Source: a virus (lineage: Duplodnaviria > Caudoviricetes). From it: 61,491 nucleotides of DNA. Under the pieces are notes generated by a model. The model was not told the origin of the DNA, made no database searches, and saw nothing but the letters and a program-made list of their open reading frames with translations. Below are positions 8,964-18,577 of the stretch, piece after piece. The translations under genes and the position numbers were made by a program. Position 1 is the stretch's first letter. Each line of letters opens with the position of its first letter. Location: IMG/VR virus record IMGVR_UViG_3300040770_000247, positions 1 to 61,491 of that record, one strand, 5' to 3'.

Positions 8964-10481
8964 TCATATAATCAAAATTCGGTTATCCAATTCGACTGTA
9001 ATAGTTCTCTGTTCCATCAAACTATAAAGGGTACGTTCACCTGGTGCAGGCACCAAATCATTTACTTGGTTTGCACCAATACCAATAGCCACTGCGTTAC
9101 CGTAGCCAATAGAAAAATGGCCACGGATAGAGCGGCTTTGTAGGGTAGACGTCGCAACAGATACAAGAGGTAAAACATCGTACTGTACGGTTGCCTGTAA
9201 AGAAGCAACTGCAGTGGTTGAAGAACTCCCAGTACGAATCCGAGTACCTGCCGCAGTACTCACTGCACGAGCTATCGCAACACCATAACCTACACGGTTA
9301 CGTATGTTTCTATTGTTACTGGCAGAAGCACTACCCCCACTCGGTAGTGGGTATACCAAAACAGTGCGGTATTGCCGACCATTAAGAGCAGCCACCCCAT
9401 AGCCGACATCAGGGTAAACTTTAGTGATGGTTACTTTAGTAGCGATCACTTGAGTCGCTGAACACGTTGCACCTGCAACCGCACCGTATGTTTTGGTATT
9501 AACAGTTACCGCTGAACCCGATCCAATAGCAACGCCTGCAGCACTGCCTTTAGCCTTAGCCAGTAGTTTGGATACGCCTGTAGCAGTCGAAGAGGAGTCT
9601 CCGCTTATTGCTGTTGCAGCAGTTGATGCTGCCAAGCCATCCCCTAACAATACCGCTGTGGCAATACCTGTCCCGCGTACACCAATCTGGAAATAGCCGT
9701 TACCCGAAGCAAGCGCAGTAGCCCAACCAGTTTGAGCCTGGTGAATACCAATAAAGGTGTTTTCAACGGCTGCAGTGCATTCCGCAAAACCAGTCGCAGT
9801 AAAGTACCGGATACCCCCAACTTGTACTGCAGGCTCGCCTGATCCAAAACCTACTGCAGTGCCTACGCCTGCACCACCGTGTTCGTGCACACACACAGCA
9901 GAGGCACTACTCTGTGCGTACCCTGCACCGCCTGCACCTACTTGTTGGGAAGCACTCCCTAAAAGAGATGCTGCAGCTTCTGCAGTACTTCCCCCAACGT
10001 AATAAGTGGTACCGAATCCCCAAGCGTTTGCAAAAGCTGGAGAAGGTGCACCAATCTGCGAAACAGACCCTTCTGCTTCAGCAGAGGCTGTTGCATTAGC
10101 AGCGTGCCCACGTGCTTTGGCGTAACGGAACATCGATCCGTTGAGGGTGGCTTCTGCCATCACCCAACCATAAGCGCTGTACTGCACTTGTGCGTTGAGG
10201 GTGGATGCTGCATCCGCCTTAGCAGATGACGTACCTGAACCCGCATACAGAATCTCAGGTGAGCCTGTAGCACTGGCAGTTGCAGAAGAGAGGGAAACAC
10301 CTGCACTGGTTTGCCTGAAAGCGTTGCTTTCGGCCTGAGCCAGAACTTCAACAATCCCCCCCGAAGGGTGGATCGTATTGAAATACCCTTGAGCTTGGGC
10401 CGAACACAGCGCTATACCTGCCGCAGAAACAAGTCCTACAGCAGACCCGCCGAATACCGTCCGACCAAAGCGCAAGACCAT
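8964..10481 (-). CDS. Ala/Gly/Ser-rich repetitive virion fibre protein
   Basis: 505 aa of low-complexity quasi-repeats inside the tail module. Confidence 0.6.
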   Translation of the reverse strand: MVLRFGRTVFGGSAVGLVSAAGIALCSAQAQGYFNTIHPSGGIVEVLAQAESNAFRQTSAGVSLSSATASATGSPEILYAGSGTSSAKADAASTLNAQVQYSAYGWVMAEATLNGSMFRYAKARGHAANATASAEAEGSVSQIGAPSPAFANAWGFGTTYYVGGSTAEAAASLLGSASQQVGAGGAGYAQSSASAVCVHEHGGAGVGTAVGFGSGEPAVQVGGIRYFTATGFAECTAAVENTFIGIHQAQTGWATALASGNGYFQIGVRGTGIATAVLLGDGLAASTAATAISGDSSSTATGVSKLLAKAKGSAAGVAIGSGSAVTVNTKTYGAVAGATCSATQVIATKVTITKVYPDVGYGVAALNGRQYRTVLVYPLPSGGSASASNNRNIRNRVGYGVAIARAVSTAAGTRIRTGSSSTTAVASLQATVQYDVLPLVSVATSTLQSRSIRGHFSIGYGNAVAIGIGANQVNDLVPAPGERTLYSLMEQRTITVELDNRILII

Positions 10482-10485
10482 AGGA

Positions 10486-10890
10486 TTAACTCAACGTGAT
10501 GATGAGAGAACCTACGGGAAACGACAGTACGTCAGTTGGGTCAAGTGTTTTAGGGTTAAGCATGGCGGCGTGATACAGCAAGTTACCGCTGTTCTGTGCG
10601 TCAAAAATACCCCAATGAGTGACGGTCTTTTGAGCATCCACAATTGCTGGGAAGATCAAGTTACGCGTATTACTGGACGAGCCGTTAGCAGGCACAGTAA
10701 AACCATCAGAAGCAACTGTGGTGTGCGCACGCTGGCGAACATAACCACTATCCACCAGTTCAAGGCCTGTACCAGCATCCGTAGGGTTAGCGGTGAACAG
10801 TGCCACGAACACCGAAGAACCTGTGTAAGTAGAGCCGCGCAGAGTAGCGTTGATTAGTGTACTTTCAAGGTGATCAGAAAAAGCAGACAT
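10486..10890 (-). CDS. Virion fibre-associated structural protein
   Basis: MSAFSDHLE...VALFTANPTDAGTG...THWGIFDA...GNLLY, a widespread phage family. Confidence 0.75.
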   Translation of the reverse strand: MSAFSDHLESTLINATLRGSTYTGSSVFVALFTANPTDAGTGLELVDSGYVRQRAHTTVASDGFTVPANGSSSNTRNLIFPAIVDAQKTVTHWGIFDAQNSGNLLYHAAMLNPKTLDPTDVLSFPVGSLIITLS

Positions 10891-11026
10891 AGTGTCTCCA
10901 AGTAGTAGAGGGAGTTAGAAAGCCCTCTACCTTGAAGACGTACTTCTAGAATATCAGATAGGTAACTCTGATAGTGCCGCCAATCTAACTACACCTACCA
11001 CTTGGGTCAAATTAACATCGTACTTG

Positions 11027-11401
11027 TTACCACTGTTCTGTACTAATATCCCTGAGGGTTACCACCTGCCCTAAGTTCTTCTTGGTTTTTAACAACGAGG
11101 CCCGTGCAAACACTGATTGAATGCGCGCACCCATATTAGCGGTCGCTTCTTCAATCAACGCACTCATAGTGGTCTCGGAAAGTTCGACAGTGGTGTTATC
11201 CGCCATCTTCCACAGTACCCGCTCACCGGGGCCGTTAAGGGAAGCCAGTACTAAACGCATGCGCTGTTCGCTTTGAGCATCAAACTGCAAGATGCCCCTG
11301 GAGGTTTTCACCAACTTCTCTGCACTGTCCCTGGCCGCATTAATATCCTCCACTGAAGCCACTTGTTGGCGCAGCTCGTCGTAACTACCTAACGATGGCA
11401 T
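11027..11401 (-). CDS. DUF4376-like tail-associated protein
   Basis: FDAQSEQRM...WKMADNTTVEL motif; ATG at 11401. Confidence 0.6.
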   Translation of the reverse strand: MPSLGSYDELRQQVASVEDINAARDSAEKLVKTSRGILQFDAQSEQRMRLVLASLNGPGERVLWKMADNTTVELSETTMSALIEEATANMGARIQSVFARASLLKTKKNLGQVVTLRDISTEQW

Positions 11402-11783
11402 TGAGGGACATCTCCTGGTAGGGGAAAAGACTAAAAGAAAAATCAAAGGTGCCTGCTGTTACAGACGACCACTCAATGTAGCCATCGTTTACTACCGCGG
11501 TACCCCCTGGATAACGCACCGTACACCCAATAGGTATTTTACTGATTCGGATTACTTGGCCAGTGGCCACAGTGAGTCCGTTTTTAATCTCCAAAGGAAA
11601 CACAGGTCGCGGCACCACGGACCCTGCTACAAAGTAGAAGAGTTGTCCGTCAATCTTCTCCCCCCAGAGAATTTCCTCTTTGCTGGGGTTCTGTATTTGT
11701 AAGTGCACGGTCTCCTCATCAGGGGCTTCTACGGTCATTAATACTTGGCCTTGCTCTTTTTCATACACCGTTGCAGTAATCAT
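11385..11783 (-). CDS. Tail-associated hypothetical protein
   Basis: Coupled in the tail operon; FPYQE C-terminal motif. Confidence 0.6.
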   Translation of the reverse strand: MITATVYEKEQGQVLMTVEAPDEETVHLQIQNPSKEEILWGEKIDGQLFYFVAGSVVPRPVFPLEIKNGLTVATGQVIRISKIPIGCTVRYPGGTAVVNDGYIEWSSVTAGTFDFSFSLFPYQEMSLNAIVR

Positions 11784-11786
11784 TAC

Positions 11787-12335
11787 TTACCTCTTTCTAA
11801 AACCAACTGTGACCGCACCAATTAAACCTAAGCTTAAGCTGCCTTCCCGTTTTACGGAGGAATCCCCATTTTTACTGGAGGTTCTTGTTATATAGTAAGT
11901 AAAGGTTGAACCCTGTAACACCACTTGGTAATACGATGTTCCACTGACATCACTGTCAATAAAACGAGCCACCTGAAAAAACCCTATGGTGGTGGCGAGT
12001 CCTATACTTGCCCGCTGCAGCAATTGCCCGTTTTTATACAATGTAATGTAACCAGGGAAGTTTGTAGAGGGACCATAGCTTAATACCGACAGGGGAATAG
12101 TAATGTCTGCCACGGACGCGTCCACTTGACCGGGTACTGCAAATGCAGCTGAGGTACTTCCCTGAGGAAAGTTGAACCCTATATAGGCAGATACCGCCCC
12201 GTCCCGCACATTAACGTGAGAAATAGCATTGATGTTCTGGGCAGAAAAAGTACCCGAAAAGGTGCCGTTACCTGCCACCATAATGCCCCGCAACTTGCTC
12301 GTTGAGTCATTGAATTCCGCATACCCCGTGTCCAC
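11787..12335 (-). CDS. Tail-tip module 3 (paralog of TipJ C-terminal extension)
   Basis: Starts YAEFNDS..LRG..GTFSGTFSAQNINAISHVNV. Confidence 0.7.
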   Translation of the reverse strand: MDTGYAEFNDSTSKLRGIMVAGNGTFSGTFSAQNINAISHVNVRDGAVSAYIGFNFPQGSTSAAFAVPGQVDASVADITIPLSVLSYGPSTNFPGYITLYKNGQLLQRASIGLATTIGFFQVARFIDSDVSGTSYYQVVLQGSTFTYYITRTSSKNGDSSVKREGSLSLGLIGAVTVGFRKR

Positions 12336-12336
12336 A

Positions 12337-12783
12337 CTAACCCCCCGTTGCTCTGATGTACCGGCATAGAATCAGACCAGAGCTTGCACCCGATCCTGCT
12401 GAGCGTAGGTGCACCGTGTGCTTCCCTTGACCCAACAACACTAACTCCACAAAAGGCAGTAAAGGTTGATTGGGGGATCTACGGTTTCTATTAATACGCC
12501 AGCCTCCGTCTACAGTCACACCCCCGGCATAAGTACCGTACGCCACAATTTCTACCCACGCTGACGTGTCAGGGATGTCTAACTCAATGGCGACCAGTAC
12601 AGAACCTGCACTTTGGGATGCCCTGGTGTACGTAATAAGACGGTCATACGTGACTTGGTTGTAGTTAATATTAAGGGTGTCTACAGCATTAATAGCCTGC
12701 GCAGTAAGTTTGAATTTAGCTGACCCTGATGCCGCTTTCAGGTGTCCGCGAAACAATGTGTTAGACAGCTCAACAAACGACAT
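12337..12783 (-). CDS. Tail-tip module 2 (paralog of TipJ C-terminal extension)
   Basis: Starts FVELSNTLFRG...LTAQAINAVDTLNI. Confidence 0.7.
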   Translation of the reverse strand: MSFVELSNTLFRGHLKAASGSAKFKLTAQAINAVDTLNINYNQVTYDRLITYTRASQSAGSVLVAIELDIPDTSAWVEIVAYGTYAGGVTVDGGWRINRNRRSPNQPLLPFVELVLLGQGKHTVHLRSAGSGASSGLILCRYIRATGG

Positions 12784-12784
12784 A

Positions 12785-13381
12785 CTATTTCCTGAAGTAA
12801 TCGGTTCTAAACACCGTGTTTACAAATTCAATGTACATATTGGTGGTTCTGTCTTCCACCCTTAAATCCATGGATATGGTGTAAGCACCTGGAGCAGGGG
12901 CACGGTATACAATTTCAGAGTACATATCACCATACAACTTGTAAAAGTCCCCTAAAGGAATCCAATTGGGTGTGGTGTATATAACTAGGCCGTTTATCCT
13001 AAAACGCAATTGAGCAGGAAAGTGCCAGTTCTCGCTGCCTTTTCGATCGTAAACGCTGTATTGGATAGCTGTATTTAACCACCCACCTTGATGATCCTCA
13101 GAAGGTACTAAGACTGTGTGTGAGTGCACAGACCGCCACACAGAGTCGTCGTCAAATCCATTAGACTTAGCACGCGTACTGACTGTGGTTCGTGCTACAG
13201 AGTTACCTGCAATGTTGATGTTGTTAGCCGCGTTAATGGCCTGTGCGGTTAACGTCCCTGAGAACGTCCCATCCAATCCAGACACGTCACCTGCAAAGGT
13301 GGCGTCATTAAACTCCGCCATGAACAACCCAGTTGTTGTACTGCCATCTCCCTGTGGGTAAGCCAGGGCGATGGCGTCTAC
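12785..13381 (-). CDS. Tail-tip module 1, read as the -1 frameshift extension of the upstream tail protein
   Basis: Open -1 frame from the slippery site: VDAIALAYPQGDGSTTTGLFMAEFNDATFAG...LTAQAINAANNINI. Confidence 0.75.
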   Translation of the reverse strand, partial: VDAIALAYPQGDGSTTTGLFMAEFNDATFAGDVSGLDGTFSGTLTAQAINAANNINIAGNSVARTTVSTRAKSNGFDDDSVWRSVHSHTVLVPSEDHQGGWLNTAIQYSVYDRKGSENWHFPAQLRFRINGLVIYTTPNWIPLGDFYKLYGDMYSEIVYRAPAPGAYTISMDLRVEDRTTNMYIEFVNTVFRTDYFRK

Positions 13382-13387
13382 TTTTTT
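13343..13387 (-). promoter_or_regulatory. Programmed -1 ribosomal frameshift signal (A_AAA_AAG plus 3' stimulatory hairpin)
   Basis: ATA AAA AAG TAG, 5-nt spacer, then GCCATC-G-CCCTG-(9 nt)-CAGGG-A-GATGGC. Confidence 0.8.
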
Positions 13388-14544
13388 ATGATCCAGCCAC
13401 GGACACCCGGCACATAGTTATCTGACTTAAGGTCACCCTTGATGTTGGCATTAGTAATCGAAAGATTTTCTACTTCAATGTATTTGGCCTGTAGCTTACC
13501 GTTAGCAAATGCCAGGCTGCCGTCATCTGCACGTAGTTTGTTAAACGTCAGGGAGTTGATTACTGCCCCGTTAATAAAGACTTCATTACCTGCAACAATG
13601 AATGGGCGTATGCCTGTTGTAGTAGAGCGGCCTACGAAGAATGCATCTACATCAAAGCCTGCCTGCACTTCACTTACTGTGCCGTCATCAGAGGCATAGA
13701 TACCAAAGCCACCGATCAAACCATTGACCTGAACCTTGGCCGTCCATTGAGCACTGAGCGTCACAATGCGCCCATCCACTCGCTCAATATCGCTGCTCAT
13801 GGACTGCTCTACCTGGCTTAGATTGCTCCCCAGTTGAGCCTCTGCTTGAGACACCCTCAGTGCACTAGCAGCGTCCACCTCCACAATAACTTGGGACAAG
13901 TCCTGAATAGAGGCTGTGTTTTGCTCAACACTTGCGTACAGGGTGTTTGCTACCCCTACAAAGGCTGAGTCGGCCTCCGCCCGAGCGATGGCTTCTGTTT
14001 GTACCAATGCACGGGTTTCTTCTGAGAAGGCCTGGATCGTGTTAAACGAAGCCCCCAAGGCATCATCATTTAATGCCCGGTCCAGTATCTCTTGAGAGAG
14101 ATCAAAGGCATTAACCTTAATACGGTCAATTTCAGCTTTAAGGGTTTGTGATAGAACCCCTTCATTAATCTTACCGCTGAGTGATTCTATAGTGTCTTCA
14201 ATACTGCTTCGCGCCGTACTACTGGCAGGCCCAATAACATCCCCTACGGTGCCATTAATGGAAACAATCCTGATCCAGTAGTAATACTGAATAGGGGTGG
14301 CTGAGTCGATGCGATCAAAGAAAAAAGAGCCATCGACAATGGCATGTTGCACCATAGTCGTTGGGTCAAACGATGAACTTCTGAATAGTATTACATGCGC
14401 AACGGCATGCGGGTTTACTCCAGGGTACGTCCACGCTACATCAATACCACCAAACCCAGGGCTTGCGTACAAGATACTGTTGTTATCGGGATCACCTGGT
14501 TTGGGACCGCTCCACTGGCCAGTACCGCAAAAATCAATACTCAT
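13378..14544 (-). CDS. Central tail fibre / TipJ-like protein with DUF1983-type C-terminal region
   Basis: Coiled coil, then SAQWTAKVQVNGLIGGFG...FDVDAFFV..PFIV..NEVFINGA...KSDNYVPGVRGWIIKK. Confidence 0.8.
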   Translation of the reverse strand: MSIDFCGTGQWSGPKPGDPDNNSILYASPGFGGIDVAWTYPGVNPHAVAHVILFRSSSFDPTTMVQHAIVDGSFFFDRIDSATPIQYYYWIRIVSINGTVGDVIGPASSTARSSIEDTIESLSGKINEGVLSQTLKAEIDRIKVNAFDLSQEILDRALNDDALGASFNTIQAFSEETRALVQTEAIARAEADSAFVGVANTLYASVEQNTASIQDLSQVIVEVDAASALRVSQAEAQLGSNLSQVEQSMSSDIERVDGRIVTLSAQWTAKVQVNGLIGGFGIYASDDGTVSEVQAGFDVDAFFVGRSTTTGIRPFIVAGNEVFINGAVINSLTFNKLRADDGSLAFANGKLQAKYIEVENLSITNANIKGDLKSDNYVPGVRGWIIKK

Positions 14545-14664
14545 ACACTTCCCCGGTTAAACAAAGTCACGCATTGTACAAGACAGTTAGCGATTGAGTT
14601 CTTAAACTACTCGACCCTCAACCGTAGTGCCACTCTTCCACTCACCTCTATTACAGGAACTTTA

Positions 14665-15402
14665 ATGCACGCTAAATACGAAGACCACTATCTCACCGAT
14701 AGTGCGGTGGCGAACTATGCTCGCCATTCTTTTGCCGACCTGGCGAAGAACTTCACGGAAGAACAAAACAACAACCTGATTCGTTTCCTGGCTCGCGGTA
14801 TGAAGTCGGGTGACTGGGACAGCCTCATCAAGAAGATGGTGGATGTCACTGACTACAACAAAGCCAAAGACCTGGCTAACTACTTGCGCAGTATTCCAGA
14901 ACATTGGGTTCCCTTCGCACACCCACACATTACCTTGCGTATGTCGGCACCGGTGCCCATTGCTCGTCAGGCGTTTAAGCACAAGATTGGTTTCGTGGAA
15001 TCAGAAGAGTCCCGTCGCTATATAACGTCCACCCCTACCTTGTTCATCCCTACGCACTTTCGTGCTGCTGCTGAAGACGTAAAACAAGGCAGTGCAGGTA
15101 TCCATGAAGACACCGAACTATGGCAGGCCGAATACAGGGATAACTGGGCTGCTGCCCTGCACCTGTACAAATCAATGCTAAGAGGGGGTGTCTGCCCTGA
15201 ACAAGCGCGCATGGTCTTACCCCAAGGCACTGAAGTGAACTGGGTATGGACTGGCTCGCTATACGCATTCTCCCAAGCTTATGTCGCCCGCAGCGATGCG
15301 CACGCACAAAAAGAGATCCAAGACCTGTTTGCTGAGGTCGACCAGATCATCCGTCCACTCTTCCCAGTCAGCTGGGCCGCACTCGTTGGGGAGACCAAAT
15401 GA
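14665..15402 (+). CDS. thyX: Flavin-dependent thymidylate synthase
   Basis: HWVPFAH, RQAFKHKIGFVESEESRRY, EQARMVLP and HAQKEI motifs. Confidence 0.92.
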   Translation: MHAKYEDHYLTDSAVANYARHSFADLAKNFTEEQNNNLIRFLARGMKSGDWDSLIKKMVDVTDYNKAKDLANYLRSIPEHWVPFAHPHITLRMSAPVPIARQAFKHKIGFVESEESRRYITSTPTLFIPTHFRAAAEDVKQGSAGIHEDTELWQAEYRDNWAAALHLYKSMLRGGVCPEQARMVLPQGTEVNWVWTGSLYAFSQAYVARSDAHAQKEIQDLFAEVDQIIRPLFPVSWAALVGETK

Positions 15403-16415
15403 GCGAATACCTGAGCCAGATTGAAACCCCAACCGACTCCTATGTGGCTCGCTACCCGTGGGCCGCTGAGATGGCCATTACCCAGCAATCGCTGTTCTGG
15501 CCAGCCGAAGAGCTCGGTGTGGAGCAGGATGCCCAAGACTTTCGCACCAACCTGACCCCAGGCGAGCTGCACGGCATCCTCACCGCACAGTCGATCATTA
15601 CTCAATACGAGCTGATGATCGGCGGCGATGAGATGTGGGGCGGCAAGATTGCTCGCATGTTCCCCCGTCCTGAGATTCAGCGCATGTGCGCCTGCTTTGC
15701 CAACGTCGAGCTGGGTTCCCATGCCCCGTTCTACAACCTAGCTAACGAAGTACTGGGCAAGGCCAACGACGAGTTCTACAGCCAGTGGAAGAAAGACCCG
15801 GTACTGGCAGAACGCATTCGCTTTATCAGTGAGTGTGCAGCCAGCGAAGATGCCCTGGAGGTAACTGCAGCACTGGCCTTCCTAGAAGGCGCTGTACTGT
15901 TCACTGCACTGGGTTTCTTCAAAGGCTTCAACAGCCGCGGCTTCAACATGATTGGCCACTTCGTCAGTGGTATCGATGGCAGTACCAAGGATGAGAACTT
16001 CCACTCGATCGCTTCAGCGCAACTGTTCCGTCAGTGCCGTGCTGAGCGTATCGCAGCCGGTAACCACAGTCCTGAGCAGGACGCTGCCCTCAAGCGCAAG
16101 ATCCTGCAAATGGCCCGTGACGTGTCACAGCACGAAATCCAGATCACCCGAAAGCTGTTTGAAGTGCCGGGTAACCGTGTGGTCACTGAAGACGAGCTGC
16201 TGGCCTTCCACGAAGACCGTATCGACGTAGTACTCAAGCGCCTGGAAATGGAGCCGTTGTTTGGCAACAAGAACGGCGTCATCAGCACCTGGTTCTACCA
16301 GCAACTGTCCACGGTGAAAGTCCCTGACTTCTTCGCCAATACCCAGCTGCAATACACCCGTAACTGGGCTCAATACAAACTTGGCTTTAAGTTGGAGATG
16401 GTCCATGGCGTTTGA
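15399..16415 (+). CDS. nrdB: Class I ribonucleotide reductase beta subunit
   Basis: FWPAEE, ELGSHAPFY (radical Tyr), LEGAVLF, DENFH, DFFA motifs. Confidence 0.92.
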   Translation: MSEYLSQIETPTDSYVARYPWAAEMAITQQSLFWPAEELGVEQDAQDFRTNLTPGELHGILTAQSIITQYELMIGGDEMWGGKIARMFPRPEIQRMCACFANVELGSHAPFYNLANEVLGKANDEFYSQWKKDPVLAERIRFISECAASEDALEVTAALAFLEGAVLFTALGFFKGFNSRGFNMIGHFVSGIDGSTKDENFHSIASAQLFRQCRAERIAAGNHSPEQDAALKRKILQMARDVSQHEIQITRKLFEVPGNRVVTEDELLAFHEDRIDVVLKRLEMEPLFGNKNGVISTWFYQQLSTVKVPDFFANTQLQYTRNWAQYKLGFKLEMVHGV

Positions 16416-18135
16416 AATCACAGGCAACGTGGACGAATCCACCCTGCAAGAGTTTGAAAAGCTCAGCCTTGAGCGTAAGCAGTTACAGGAACTGGGTCGC
16501 CTGCCACTGTGGTACACCACCCAGGGCTGGCAGATGTTCAAAAAGAAGTACCAGGTCCCAGGTGAAGCCGCCGTCTATGGACGTCACCTGAAGATTTCTC
16601 ACACCCTGGCTAAGCACGTGAAAGGCCATGAGCTGGAGTGGGAGCAGAAGTTCTTTAATGAGCTGTGGGAAGGTCGCTTGTCGCCCTCCTCACCTGCACT
16701 GGCTAACACCGGTACCGATCGAGGCATGATGGTGGCCTGTTCCGGTCAGGACATTCAGGACAGCGTTCACAGCTTCTACGATGGCCTGAAAGAAACCGCA
16801 CTGCTGTCTCAGCAAGGCTTTGGCACTTCAGCCAACTTCAGCAAGATCCGTGCACGCGGCAGCAAGATTAGCAAAGGCGGCAAAGCCAATGGTGCTGTAG
16901 AGGTCATCAACGACTTCTTCACAGCCGTGTCCAAGATCAGCCAAGGCGGTGCACGTCGCGGCTCTATTGGCGCGTACCTGGACATCGAGCACGGTGACTG
17001 GGATGAGGCATGCGATAGCCTGGCTCACGACCACAACGGTAAGAACTATGGCTGGATCATCCGTGATTCATTCATCGATCGCCTGAAGGCCAATGAGCCA
17101 GAAGCTAACCGTCGCTGGATCAAGGCGGTGTACACCAAGCTGATTACCGGCAAGGGTTACATCTTCAAAGTGGACACGGCTAACCGCCACCGTCCGCAGA
17201 TGTACAAGGACTGGGGCTTGTTCATTGAAGCCACCAACCTGTGCACCGAGATCATGCTTCACAGCTCGGAGATGCTGACCTACTCCTGCATCCTGGCGTC
17301 TATGAACCTGGTGCACTGGGACCACATCGAGAATAACGATTCGGTGTTCATTGCCACCGTGTTCTTGGATTGCCTGTGCTCGGAGTTCATCGAAAAGGCA
17401 GTAGGCATTACTGGGCTGGACAAGGTTCGTGAGTTCACCCTCAAGGGCCGTGCCATTGGCTTAGGCATCATGGGCTTCCACACCTACCTGCAGATGAACA
17501 ACATCCCGTACGAAAGTCTGGATGCTCAGTTCCTCAGCAGCAAGATCGCCAAGCACCTGCATGACGAATCCTTGCGTGCCAGTCAGTGGATGGCCACAGA
17601 GTACGGTGAACCAGAATGGTGTAAGGGCTACGGGGTGCGTAACACCCACCGCATTGCCTATGCACCCACCAAGACCACTGCCCTGCTCATGGGTGGTGTC
17701 AGCGAGTCCTGGTTCCCAGATCCTGGCTTGATCTATGACGCTGGCTCCAGTGTTGGTGAGCTGCGCCGGATCACTCCCGTGTTCTACGAACTCATGAAAA
17801 GCCGGGGTGCCTACAACGAAGAGACCATCCAAAGCGTCATCGACAACCTGGGGTCAGGTCAACACCTGGACTTCCTCAGCGAGCATGAGAAGGCGGTCTA
17901 CAAGAACGCTTTTGAGATGCAACAGATGGTCCTGCTTCGTCACGCCAGCCTACGTCAGAAGTGGACCTGTCAGGGTCAGAGCTTGAACTTCTACGTGCCA
18001 GAGGATGGTTCTGAAGACCTCATCGCAGAGCTCCTAACTGCAGTGCTGTTGGATGAAAACATCTTGAGCCAGTACTACATCTACTCACGTAGCGGTGTGG
18101 TGGTGAAAGACGAGTGCGTGGCCTGTAGCGCGTAG
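16405..18135 (+). CDS. nrdA: Class I ribonucleotide reductase alpha subunit, no ATP cone
   Basis: SPSSPALAN, VACS, QGGARRG, TNLCTEI, APT, QYYIY and terminal CVAC. Confidence 0.95.
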   Translation: MAFEITGNVDESTLQEFEKLSLERKQLQELGRLPLWYTTQGWQMFKKKYQVPGEAAVYGRHLKISHTLAKHVKGHELEWEQKFFNELWEGRLSPSSPALANTGTDRGMMVACSGQDIQDSVHSFYDGLKETALLSQQGFGTSANFSKIRARGSKISKGGKANGAVEVINDFFTAVSKISQGGARRGSIGAYLDIEHGDWDEACDSLAHDHNGKNYGWIIRDSFIDRLKANEPEANRRWIKAVYTKLITGKGYIFKVDTANRHRPQMYKDWGLFIEATNLCTEIMLHSSEMLTYSCILASMNLVHWDHIENNDSVFIATVFLDCLCSEFIEKAVGITGLDKVREFTLKGRAIGLGIMGFHTYLQMNNIPYESLDAQFLSSKIAKHLHDESLRASQWMATEYGEPEWCKGYGVRNTHRIAYAPTKTTALLMGGVSESWFPDPGLIYDAGSSVGELRRITPVFYELMKSRGAYNEETIQSVIDNLGSGQHLDFLSEHEKAVYKNAFEMQQMVLLRHASLRQKWTCQGQSLNFYVPEDGSEDLIAELLTAVLLDENILSQYYIYSRSGVVVKDECVACSA

Positions 18136-18149
18136 CCCTCAGTATTCCA

Positions 18150-18391
18150 GTCCGAACCGCGAAGCACCCCAAGGACGAACGTAGTGAGGACGCAGGGAGT
18201 GCGTCAGCGGTGTAGGACGGCTTATAGCCAGGAGTTATTAGCTAATAACTATTTTCTATATACCCTATAGCTAATGGCGATATGCCCGCTTATGATGCCT
18301 GCCGCTGAGACCCCCTACTAAGGTCTTATTGGCACGCCGGTTCGCCGGCTCCCGTGCTCCTTCGATCGTCGCTGCGCTCCTCCTCGGGCAC
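18150..18391. other. Candidate replication origin: opposed ssi/pas-like hairpins around an AT-rich palindrome
   Basis: GAACGTAGTGA hairpin on +, GAGCGCAGCGA hairpin on -, perfect palindrome AGTTATTAGCTAATAACT at 18233-18250. Confidence 0.4.
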
Positions 18392-18577
18392 TGCGCCGCT
18401 CACCTGAATCTTCTTTTCTAGGCGCGTTCCTCGCGCTCTGCGATTCCTACACCTTGGCTACTCACTGCATTCTTCAGTGAGGGACCCCGTTTGACCTCGA
18501 TTTAAGAGGGAGAGGGGGGTCCTTTATATAATGCGACGTTCTACGAGACCGTCATTTTGGGTCGGAGTACTCCCCAA

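Noticed and set aside
11787-13381. Shufflon or invertible tail-fibre cassette
   Set aside because: All modules are co-oriented, with no identical crossover repeats or adjacent invertase; similarity is at protein level only
11787-14544. Diversity-generating retroelement acting on the tail
   Set aside because: No reverse transcriptase and no template/variable repeat pair seen
4303-14544. Tail/lysis block lying inside the replication region as a novel rearrangement
   Set aside because: A mid-genome opposite-strand tail/lysis block is already known in some Pseudomonas N4-like phages
14395-14664. N-terminal extension of thyX
   Set aside because: Overlaps the divergent tail gene; AGGA RBS supports ATG 14665
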